From: a virus
Lineage: Duplodnaviria; Caudoviricetes
Strand: one strand, 5' to 3'
IMG/VR virus record: IMGVR_UViG_3300017722_005389
DNA length: 64,000 bases
Position numbers and translations under genes: made by a program. This document shows positions 1-8,714 of the stretch, one piece after another (the stretch's first letter is position 1; every line of letters begins with the position of its first letter). The notes beneath the pieces were generated by a model, which saw only the letters and a list, made by a program, of their open reading frames with translations, was not told where the DNA came from and ran no database searches.

Positions 1-2
1 CA

Positions 3-1355
3 TTTTCAAGCATCGATAATTTTTTGAATTTTAATTTTGGAAATGTTGAATGTACTTCAATTTATTCAGGAGGAACTTTTGGATATTCAGGTGGCAGTGG
101 AGATGGAAATTTCTCTGGAAAATTAGTTCAATTCAGTACTAATGCAAGTGGCGATACAACTATTGAAAATTATTTTGGTTTTGATGATTACCTTTGTATA
201 ACTGGAAATCCAAACGATATTTGTACAAATGCTAATATAAATATAGAATTAGATTACACTTGCGGAACTTATGTAGAATTAGGTGAAACTTTAAATACAG
301 GTTATGCAAGTTTATCAGTAAATGTTTCAGGTGGCGAAGCTCCATATACAATAACAGGAGCAAACGATGGTGATACAGTTGAACATGGACAAACAGTATT
401 AGTAGTAGTTACTGATGCTAACGGATGTAATGCCAAAAAAGATATATATATTAATTGCCCACCTGATTGCGGACCTATAATTACAACTCTAATTTTAACT
501 CAAGATTGTGATACTGAACTTGGAAATAATACTGGATTTGCAACCATAGATTACACTGTAGGTGGAGGATTAGCTCCGTATAATGTCACAGGAACCGTGA
601 ATGGAGTACCATTTGATCCAGATGCTAAGAATACATTTGAACATGGAGATGTTATTATAGTTACAGCTACAGATTCAACACTATGTTCACCTGCTGAGGC
701 TATATTAGTGATAAATTGCCCAACTAATGATTGTAGTACTACAGATATAAATATTTCATTAAGTGCAGAATGTGATACAAATGGATGTGGTCAAACAGTT
801 GGAACTGCTACATTATCTGTTTCTGCATCAGGTGGCGTTGCACCATATACATTCTATGATGCGATATCAAACACTTTTGTAACAAATGGTCAAACAGTTC
901 TTGATGGAAGATATTTATATATCTATGCAATGGATGCAAATGGTTGTATTTCTGATTTATACCCATTAACAGTTTCATGTGATAATTGCAGTTCTTATGC
1001 TGAAGATTTAACGTTAAGAACTAGAATTGTCAATGTATTATTCTCTGGAAATAATGCACAATTTAGATTAGATTATACTATAGGTGGTATATTAGCTTCA
1101 GAACTTAGTTCAATCAATTATACAATAAACGCTGTTCCTGGTAATATAACAACAGGTTCATCAATCAATAGAACATCTTTAACTGGAAATAATATACAGA
1201 TTGCTGTAAATTATAGCCCAGATCCTTCACAGGATACAATATTTACATATACAGCTGTTATAACATTAACTAATGGTTGCACCTTTGAATACACAGGTTT
1301 TTTAAATGTACTATTAGAATCTAACGACCAAGAAACAATAAACTTTATTTGCTAA
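3..1355 (+). CDS. Virion structural protein with SprB-like repeats (5'-truncated by window edge)
   Basis: Frame is open from base 3. Three GG(E/L/V)APY...(DANGC) units resemble Bacteroidetes SprB repeats; Thr/Gly/Cys-rich; directly upstream of a baseplate-like gene. Confidence 0.6.
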   Translation, partial: FSSIDNFLNFNFGNVECTSIYSGGTFGYSGGSGDGNFSGKLVQFSTNASGDTTIENYFGFDDYLCITGNPNDICTNANINIELDYTCGTYVELGETLNTGYASLSVNVSGGEAPYTITGANDGDTVEHGQTVLVVVTDANGCNAKKDIYINCPPDCGPIITTLILTQDCDTELGNNTGFATIDYTVGGGLAPYNVTGTVNGVPFDPDAKNTFEHGDVIIVTATDSTLCSPAEAILVINCPTNDCSTTDINISLSAECDTNGCGQTVGTATLSVSASGGVAPYTFYDAISNTFVTNGQTVLDGRYLYIYAMDANGCISDLYPLTVSCDNCSSYAEDLTLRTRIVNVLFSGNNAQFRLDYTIGGILASELSSINYTINAVPGNITTGSSINRTSLTGNNIQIAVNYSPDPSQDTIFTYTAVITLTNGCTFEYTGFLNVLLESNDQETINFIC

Positions 1356-1356
1356 C

Positions 1357-3441
1357 ATGTCATACATAATCGAGAAAAAAAACCCATTAATCCTAACGAA
1401 GCTAACAGCCAAAGGAAGACAAAAGCTTGCAAAAGGAGCTTTAACTTGGAGTTATTGGTCTTTAGGAGATTCAGAAGTAGATTACAAAAATATTAATTTG
1501 GTTCCAACAGAATTAGGAACATTAAATATTTTGAAACCTAAAGATTTTCAACCGAATACAAAAACTTTTATTGAGAAAGTTGATTGTAGTATTCTTATAC
1601 CAATTGAACCTGCCGAAAGACAAGTTATTGAATGCTGTGTTAAAAACAAAGCTATCGAAAGAGGATTTTTCTCTGGCACTACAGATGAATTAATAACTTC
1701 ATCAAACTACATAAAAACCTATGGAAAAGTAAATCTTTCTCAATTCAATGGAACTGCAACTATTGATATAGGAACAGTTGATTTTAATGATGGTGATTAT
1801 ATTCTATTTAAAATAGCTAAACCTACTACAGGTGATTTATCTTATTCAGAAACTGAAGCAGCTGTACTTTATCTTTGGTATAAAATTGAAAAAACTCCAT
1901 TGTCAACAATTATTACCGTAGATAGATATTTGCCTTATTTTTCATTTTTAACAAATGTACCTGTGAACTTCTATATTTTCCCTGGAGGTGAATCTATTAC
2001 AGAATTTTATGGAAGTGGCTCAACTATACCTTATTGGAATAATGAAACCTTAGAATTCATAAGTAACTGTGATCTTTCTAAAGAAGATGTTAATGTTCTC
2101 AACATGAATAATGTTTGGAATGAAACTATGGCTGGAACTCAATCAGCTTATGAATGGTACAAATATTACGGCTCAATGGATTATATTGGGCAGAAAGAAT
2201 ATTTAGGATATAATATAGATTGCCCAGAAGTTATAGAAGCCCCTACAGATTGCGAAGACAGACTTTTAAGTGTGTATGATGATTATGTAAAAGGTATTGG
2301 AATTATCCATTTTACAAATCTAAATATTTCAAATGATTATGGTGAAAAATTCCATATTGACCATGATTTAGATGAATTTTTAACCATAAAGATGCCAACA
2401 ATTATGTGGCATAGAAGATGGTTTGGAGGTTCCAATGTTGGAAATATCATAGGGATGAATTTTATAAGTTCTGGAGCTTTAAAAGAAGTTCAAAACAGCA
2501 ACATTACATACTACGATTTGATCGAAGACCCTGCTTTTATCAATCCATCAGGAACGACAATGATTGTTGGAAGAGTTTATCCAGACTTAAAGATTGTAAC
2601 TATTCATGATGAAGAATTACTTGCAACAATGTCTTATAAAGCCAGCAGAAATTTTACTTTACCAAGATTAGATGGTAGAATGATATTTCCTTTGAATGGA
2701 TTAGGAACAGGTGTACTTGCAAAAGGTAAAACTATGTATATGACATATGTATTAGAAGCAAATAATGGGCTTCAATACTTTTTACCTCAGCAGAAATATA
2801 CTAAGTTCATTAATAATTCTAAAATCGATAGAGATATTGAATTTTCTATAGAAGATACAGGTCTTCTTCCATATATGAGACAATTAGAGCAAGGAGGTTA
2901 CGATGGATTAGGATTTTATGCCAATAGATTTAAAGTTCTTGTGCAAATTGTAGATAATCCTGATGATAGACCTGAACCTGAAAATTGGGTAGCTTTGAAT
3001 TACACTTCAAACAATATCACTTATGTGAATAACTATACAATTAATCCAATACTTTTTGAAAATCAAAATATACAAGAAACTGGATTTATTCTAAATAAAA
3101 CAAAATATCTCACAGGAACAGTTTATAACCTTAGCAACCTTCAAATCCCACTTTTGAATTGCCCTGAAGACCTTCAATTTGGAGATGAAAGATTTTTCTT
3201 TGGAAATTTAGATACTTTCATTGGAGCTTGCATTTACAGAACAGTATTTAAACTTATTATTGATGTAAATGAATATGTTAAATCAAGTAATCCTACTTGG
3301 ACTGATGGAAATGACTTTTATTTTACAGAAGTTGGTCTTTATGATGAAGACCAAGAACTCGTTGCTATAACAAAAATGAGTAGACCTGTAAAAATGGATC
3401 AAAACACTAAATTTGCATTAGAAATTTCTTTGGATTTTTAA
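1357..3441 (+). CDS. Putative baseplate/tail-collar structural protein
   Basis: 694 aa. N-terminal KLTAKGRQKLAKG and C-terminal FTEVGLYDEDQELVAITKMSRPV resemble phage tail-collar/baseplate motifs. Confidence 0.55.
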   Translation: MSYIIEKKNPLILTKLTAKGRQKLAKGALTWSYWSLGDSEVDYKNINLVPTELGTLNILKPKDFQPNTKTFIEKVDCSILIPIEPAERQVIECCVKNKAIERGFFSGTTDELITSSNYIKTYGKVNLSQFNGTATIDIGTVDFNDGDYILFKIAKPTTGDLSYSETEAAVLYLWYKIEKTPLSTIITVDRYLPYFSFLTNVPVNFYIFPGGESITEFYGSGSTIPYWNNETLEFISNCDLSKEDVNVLNMNNVWNETMAGTQSAYEWYKYYGSMDYIGQKEYLGYNIDCPEVIEAPTDCEDRLLSVYDDYVKGIGIIHFTNLNISNDYGEKFHIDHDLDEFLTIKMPTIMWHRRWFGGSNVGNIIGMNFISSGALKEVQNSNITYYDLIEDPAFINPSGTTMIVGRVYPDLKIVTIHDEELLATMSYKASRNFTLPRLDGRMIFPLNGLGTGVLAKGKTMYMTYVLEANNGLQYFLPQQKYTKFINNSKIDRDIEFSIEDTGLLPYMRQLEQGGYDGLGFYANRFKVLVQIVDNPDDRPEPENWVALNYTSNNITYVNNYTINPILFENQNIQETGFILNKTKYLTGTVYNLSNLQIPLLNCPEDLQFGDERFFFGNLDTFIGACIYRTVFKLIIDVNEYVKSSNPTWTDGNDFYFTEVGLYDEDQELVAITKMSRPVKMDQNTKFALEISLDF

Positions 3442-3472
3442 CTATAAAAGAATATTTATATAAAAATAAAAC

Positions 3473-4225
3473 ATGAAAATTAAATTAAGCGAACTAAGAC
3501 AAATTGTTAAGTCGATTATTAAAGAACAGAGTGGAACTACAACACCTACACCACCAAATATTAATGCGGATTTGACAAAAATGAAAAATGTACCTGTTAG
3601 ATGGTATTTAGATGAGGGAAATACTAAGCCTTTTATGATAATGACAATTAAAAATATTATACCTTCTGGAGATAGAATTAAAATTGAAGGCTTATGGGAA
3701 GGTGCACCAAATACTTCTAATTCAAATATGACTTTAATATGTGCAAATAATTTTGTTTTATATAGAGATCTTAGCAGAGACGAACTTGTTAAACTATATA
3801 ACACAAAATACATTGAAAAATTAAAAGCTCTACTTTGCACAAAAAGTGCAGGAGGGTTAGAAGTTACTAATATCGGTGATTATTCTTCAACAACTTCAAA
3901 AGCTCCAATGAATGTTGCGGAATCCAAAAGAAAACTAACTAATGTTATAAGACAAGTTATTAAGGAACAAAATCTCACTAAAGAAAAACACCTTGTAATG
4001 GGTGGTGCTACAGAACTTTTTGAGAAAAATGGATATACTATAAAAAGATCAAGTGGTTCTCCATCTGAAGGAGGGGTTGTAGAATTATCAAATGGTGAAA
4101 ATACCGTTATTTTAAAAAGCTCAAATATTTCAAATACTATTCAAGTGAATGGTGGCAAAGTTTTTAAATATAGTACTGTAAATGACCAACAATTTAAAAT
4201 TGCAACTATGGCATTAGGTTTATAA
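3473..4225 (+). CDS. Leader-bearing putative internal head protein
   Basis: Starts MKIKLSELRQIVKSIIKEQ, has a second internal leader KRKLTNVIRQVIKEQ, and TATTTATA at 3453-3460. Confidence 0.6.
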   Translation: MKIKLSELRQIVKSIIKEQSGTTTPTPPNINADLTKMKNVPVRWYLDEGNTKPFMIMTIKNIIPSGDRIKIEGLWEGAPNTSNSNMTLICANNFVLYRDLSRDELVKLYNTKYIEKLKALLCTKSAGGLEVTNIGDYSSTTSKAPMNVAESKRKLTNVIRQVIKEQNLTKEKHLVMGGATELFEKNGYTIKRSSGSPSEGGVVELSNGENTVILKSSNISNTIQVNGGKVFKYSTVNDQQFKIATMALGL

Positions 4226-4260
4226 TTTGAAATAATAATTAACAATAAATCAAAAAACAA

Positions 4261-4290
4261 AAAAACCTTTAAATTTAAAGGTTTTTTGTT
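4261..4290. terminator. Intrinsic terminator (perfect 26-bp palindrome)
   Basis: AAAAACCTTTAAATTTAAAGGTTTTT followed by a T-rich tail, downstream of a late gene. Confidence 0.7.
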
Positions 4291-4322
4291 TTTATAAGAA
4301 ACTGTTATATTATAAATAAAAA

Positions 4323-5135
4323 ATGGAACCAAAATATATTCTTTCTTTAGATGTAAGCACTTCTACATTAGGCATCAGCCTTTTCGAAGACATGGGTGAT
4401 CATGGTAGATTGGCAATTTTAACACATTTTGAACCTAAAATAAATCCAGAACCCCCTACGCAACTTGAACGTTTAAAAGAAAAAGCTGACCTTTGTGTTC
4501 AAAAAATTTCACAAGATTTTGCTGAATATAATATCTGTAGCATCATAGTCGAAAAACCGTTGTTAAATTCTATTTCACAGAAGATTGCAAAACTTCTTGA
4601 GATATTTAATGAATACTTCACAAAACAACTTTCAACCAAAATGAATGTCAAAGTTGACTTTATAACTGTTGATGATGCAAGAAGATATGCTTTACCTGAA
4701 TTGTTGGGAAAGAATGGTAAAATGATGTCAGATTTCCCAAAGAAAATTGCAGATCTCGGAAAGAATGAATGGAGTAAATTCCTTATTATGTATTTGGTTA
4801 GCCAAAGATATCCTAAAATCAAGTGGTTGCTAAATTCTACCTTAAAAGTAAATAAAAAGAATTTTGATAGAGCTGATAGTGTTGTAGCTGGACTTGGTTA
4901 TATGATAAAAGAAGGTTATTGGTCTAAAATGGCAGATAAAGCATTTTGGGAAGAGTCTGATTTTTCTTATGAGAAATGTGTAGAAATCATAGAAAAAAAT
5001 GTAGCCTATGAGAAATTTGCTTCAGAGTTTATTGATAAAAACAAAGATTTAGCTCCAGAAGATAAACTAAAAGTCAAAAAGAAATATTTGAGTGAACTTT
5101 TTGAAATACAAAAATATTTGAATGTTGAATTGTAA
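4323..5135 (+). CDS. ruvC: RuvC-like Holliday junction resolvase (RNase H fold)
   Basis: ILSLDVSTSTLGISLF, IIVEKP and DRADSVVAG carry the RuvC acidic tetrad. Confidence 0.75.
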   Translation: MEPKYILSLDVSTSTLGISLFEDMGDHGRLAILTHFEPKINPEPPTQLERLKEKADLCVQKISQDFAEYNICSIIVEKPLLNSISQKIAKLLEIFNEYFTKQLSTKMNVKVDFITVDDARRYALPELLGKNGKMMSDFPKKIADLGKNEWSKFLIMYLVSQRYPKIKWLLNSTLKVNKKNFDRADSVVAGLGYMIKEGYWSKMADKAFWEESDFSYEKCVEIIEKNVAYEKFASEFIDKNKDLAPEDKLKVKKKYLSELFEIQKYLNVEL

Positions 5136-5163
5136 ATTATATTAAATTCATGTATTTATATGT

Positions 5164-5604
5164 ATGAAGGTAGTTATAAATGACAAAAAATTCAAAGTAA
5201 AAGTTCAAAATTCTCCAAGAGAGATAGAAAGGGGGATGATGTATAAAACGTTTGATAATTCTTTCAATGGAATGTTATTCGTTATGAATTCAAAAGAACA
5301 TTCTTTTTGGATGAAAAATTGTATTATTCCTTTGGATATTATTTTTATCAATGGAGATAAAATAACAAAAATCCATCATAACTGCCCACCTTGTGAAGAC
5401 GAACCTTGTAAAGCCTATAATGGTAGAGGTAATTATGCTTTAGAATTAAAAGGTGGCACTTGCAAAAATTTAGGAATAAAAACAGGTGATATTGTTTCAT
5501 TGCCATCACATCTTCATGCCAATAAGAACGATGAAAATTCAAAATTAAAAAATCTTGTAAAAAAGATAGTCAAAGAGGAATTAAAAAATAAAAAGTTATT
5601 CTAA
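5164..5604 (+). CDS. DUF192-family protein
   Basis: RGMMY...GMLFV...SFWMKNCIIPLDIIFI...YALELKGG; TATTTATA at 5153-5160. Confidence 0.8.
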   Translation: MKVVINDKKFKVKVQNSPREIERGMMYKTFDNSFNGMLFVMNSKEHSFWMKNCIIPLDIIFINGDKITKIHHNCPPCEDEPCKAYNGRGNYALELKGGTCKNLGIKTGDIVSLPSHLHANKNDENSKLKNLVKKIVKEELKNKKLF

Positions 5605-5627
5605 AAGATATTTATATTAAAAATAAT

Positions 5628-5969
5628 ATGAAAATTAGATTAAGCGAATTAAGACAAATTATTAAATCTGTTATTAAAGAACAAAGTACCACAGGAGAAA
5701 ACATTTGTTCTAAATTTATATTAATTAGTAAAGACCAATTTATGAAAGAAGCATCAAAACTTTCATTAAATACTGGTAGTGATACTGATGAAGCTAAAGT
5801 TACTGTTATGAATAGCAAAAAAATTTATAAGTTTAATGGTACTAAAGATGAAGCAAATAAAAATTTATCATGTATCGGTATGAAAATGGGTGTAAGTAAT
5901 TATGATTATTACGAGCCAGGTTTATATTCAAAACAAAAACCAGGATATTTTTATATAGGCGTTTACTAA
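5628..5969 (+). CDS. Leader-bearing putative internal head protein
   Basis: MKIRLSELRQIIKSVIKEQ; TATTTATA at 5609-5616. Confidence 0.6.
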   Translation: MKIRLSELRQIIKSVIKEQSTTGENICSKFILISKDQFMKEASKLSLNTGSDTDEAKVTVMNSKKIYKFNGTKDEANKNLSCIGMKMGVSNYDYYEPGLYSKQKPGYFYIGVY

Positions 5970-5987
5970 ATAATAAAATTTTTAAAT

Positions 5988-6022
5988 AAAACCTCTTTGG
6001 AACTTTCTAAAGAGGTTTTTTG
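5988..6022 (+). terminator. Intrinsic terminator
   Basis: AAAACCTCTTTGGAA-CT-TTCTAAAGAGGTTTT plus T tail. Confidence 0.7.
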
Positions 6023-6048
6023 TTTCCAAAGAAACAAAATAGTTTTTG

Positions 6049-6963
6049 ATGGAAGATCTTTTCAATATCATCATAAGAACTTTTGGTGGCTACAGAAACA
6101 AAAATCATGATTCTGGGCAGATAAGTGTTGACTGCCCAAATTGTGATGATGGAAATCACAAAGGAAATCTTGAAATCAACATCTTTAACGATGTATATTC
6201 ATGCTGGGCGTGTAGAGAACTTCCTGATGGAGTTAAGGGAAGAGATATTAGATGGCTTATAAGAAAATATGGTACATCTGATGATTTTCAATATTATAAT
6301 GAATTAAGACCTAAATCCCCAAAGCTATATGAAAGACCTCAGAAGGATGTTATACTTCCTTATGAGTATAAAACTTTTACAAAGATTAATGAAAAATCTT
6401 CAGGTTATAAAATAGCCTTAAAATATTTATCCGATAGAGGCATATCTAAAGAAATTATAGATAAGTTCAATATCGGATTTTGCGATTCTGGTTATTACGA
6501 AGGAAGAATAATTATACCATCATTTAATCGAAATGGTTTTTTAGACTATTTTGTTTCCAGAGATTATACTGGAACTTCTAAAGAAAAATATCTTAATCAT
6601 ACTAATGATAAATCCAATATCATTTTTAATGAATACTTTATTGAATGGGATATGTCAATTATTCTTGTTGAGGGGGTCTTTGACCATATTGTAACTATCA
6701 ATTCAATTGCATTGCTTGGCAAAGCAGTTTCCCCCAAACTATCATCAATTCTTCAAAAAAACCTCAATGGTAATTTGTATATTCTTTTTGATGAGGATGC
6801 AATTGATAATGCCGAAGAACTTAAAAAGCAATTAAATTTCGGAGCTTTAAGAAATCGTGTGTATATCATAAAACTGCCTAAAGGAGAAGATCCTTCTTCA
6901 TTATTCCAAAAATTAGGTAAAAAAGAGTATTATAAAGCACTTTCTAATTACATTATGAGATAA
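6049..6963 (+). CDS. dnaG: DNA primase (Zn-ribbon + TOPRIM)
   Basis: CPNCD...CWAC zinc ribbon, GRIIIP, VEGVFD, LFDED and DPS motifs. Confidence 0.85.
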   Translation: MEDLFNIIIRTFGGYRNKNHDSGQISVDCPNCDDGNHKGNLEINIFNDVYSCWACRELPDGVKGRDIRWLIRKYGTSDDFQYYNELRPKSPKLYERPQKDVILPYEYKTFTKINEKSSGYKIALKYLSDRGISKEIIDKFNIGFCDSGYYEGRIIIPSFNRNGFLDYFVSRDYTGTSKEKYLNHTNDKSNIIFNEYFIEWDMSIILVEGVFDHIVTINSIALLGKAVSPKLSSILQKNLNGNLYILFDEDAIDNAEELKKQLNFGALRNRVYIIKLPKGEDPSSLFQKLGKKEYYKALSNYIMR

Positions 6964-7016
6964 TTCTCAAAAATAATTTTGAACTTGTTTAAGATTATAA
7001 ACGTTATAAATAAATT

Positions 7017-7844
7017 ATGATTAAAAAAATTATACATACTGCTGATTGGCATTTAGAGCCATATAAAAATCATCAAAGATTTCAAGAAGTAATAGATTCA
7101 TTTGAAAGTTCAATTATTTCAGAAGTTGGAAATATGCCTTCTGAAGAGGTAAGAATTGTTATAGTGGGAGATTTGTTTGATAATAGAACAAAAGAACCTT
7201 CTAATGAAGCTTTTGTTATAATGATGAATACTTTAAAACGTCTTTTGGATCGATTTAAACTTATCATAACAATTGGTAATCATGATTATGATGCGCATAA
7301 TAAGCAAAAGATGGATTGCATTACACCTGTTGTAGAAGCTTTAAAATTATACAACTCAGACAACATTGTTTTTCTTAAAGAAACCTGTATTTATGTTGAT
7401 GATAATATTACCTTTTGCAACTATTCAAATTTCAATGGGAACAGTAGACCCGAAATTGAACAAAGTTTGAAGAGTAACCCAAATAAGACACATATAGGAC
7501 TATTTCACGATGTACTTCAAGGTGCTATAAATTTCAAACAATATGATTTCACAGTTCATCAAGATCATACTGAAAAAGTTGATATTTTTGAGGGCTGTGA
7601 TTTTGTTATGATGGGTGACATTCATAAACATCAAACGCTAAAATATAAAGTCCCTGTAGTTTATTGTGGAAGTTTATACCAGCTTAACTATGGTGAAAGT
7701 ATTGAAGGGCATGGATATGTTCTTTGGGATATTGAAAAACGTTCTTTTGAGTTCAAAGAGATTTCAAACAATTATGGTCTTTATAAAGTAACATTTGATT
7801 CTTTTGAAGATGCAATCATTGGCAATTTTAAATTTACAAATTAA
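7017..7844 (+). CDS. sbcD: Mre11/SbcD/T4 gp47-like metallophosphoesterase nuclease
   Basis: ADWH, GDLFD, GNHD, GDIHKHQ and YCGSLYQLNYGE motifs; near the SbcC-like gene. Confidence 0.88.
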   Translation: MIKKIIHTADWHLEPYKNHQRFQEVIDSFESSIISEVGNMPSEEVRIVIVGDLFDNRTKEPSNEAFVIMMNTLKRLLDRFKLIITIGNHDYDAHNKQKMDCITPVVEALKLYNSDNIVFLKETCIYVDDNITFCNYSNFNGNSRPEIEQSLKSNPNKTHIGLFHDVLQGAINFKQYDFTVHQDHTEKVDIFEGCDFVMMGDIHKHQTLKYKVPVVYCGSLYQLNYGESIEGHGYVLWDIEKRSFEFKEISNNYGLYKVTFDSFEDAIIGNFKFTN

Positions 7845-7856
7845 AAAAATTGAATT

Positions 7857-8714
7857 ATGAGTGAAGAGAAAAAAACCTTAGACTTAAAATCCTTTCATTA
7901 TTTAGAAAATGGAAGAGTTTTGTATTCAAATTTAAACACCATAAAATGTACAAAAATATTAGATCCTGGTGTGTATAATCTAAAAAACTCTGGATATCCA
8001 AAGTATGAAAATGAATTAACTTTGGCGGAAATGGTTGAATCGATCAAAATCCATGAGTTTCCAGATAAAGAAAGGATTGATACACTTTTAACAAAATTTA
8101 TTGATCCTGAAATAAAAGAAAAAGTGAAATCTGCAGGATTTTTGCATAAGACAGGGGTTTTACTTTACGGTAAAGAAGGAACAGGTAAATCTACAATTTT
8201 AAAATATTTCTTTTCAAAATATGTTGCTCAAAATAATGCTTTAGCAATTTACATTAATGAGCATGAACAGATTGGAAAAGTTTGGGATTTTGTTATAGCA
8301 TTAAGACAAACCCATAACAATCCAATATTCATAATTTTTGAAGAAATAGATTCATTATTTAAAGAAAAACATCATGAATCAACATTAAAATCTATATTAG
8401 ATGGAAACCTTTCAATAGATAATTGCATTTTCTTTGCTACTACTAATTACATCAATGATATTCCATCTGCACTAAAAGATAGACCATCCAGATTTAAATA
8501 TAATTTTGAAATTGAAGGCATCCAAGAAAAACAAGATGTTATAAGAATTATAAAAAATATTCTAAAGGAAGATTATTCTCAAGAGGAAATTGAAGAATTT
8601 TCTAATGGGCTTACAGGTTCGACCATTGATACAATAAAACAATTCTGTTTAGATAAAATTATGAATGTAAAATCAATTTCTAAAAATAAAAAAAATATTG
8701 GCTTTGGAAAATAA
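7857..8714 (+). CDS. AAA+ ATPase
   Basis: Walker A GKEGTGKST, Walker B IIFEEID, sensor ATTN and arginine finger RPSRF. Confidence 0.85.
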   Translation: MSEEKKTLDLKSFHYLENGRVLYSNLNTIKCTKILDPGVYNLKNSGYPKYENELTLAEMVESIKIHEFPDKERIDTLLTKFIDPEIKEKVKSAGFLHKTGVLLYGKEGTGKSTILKYFFSKYVAQNNALAIYINEHEQIGKVWDFVIALRQTHNNPIFIIFEEIDSLFKEKHHESTLKSILDGNLSIDNCIFFATTNYINDIPSALKDRPSRFKYNFEIEGIQEKQDVIRIIKNILKEDYSQEEIEEFSNGLTGSTIDTIKQFCLDKIMNVKSISKNKKNIGFGK

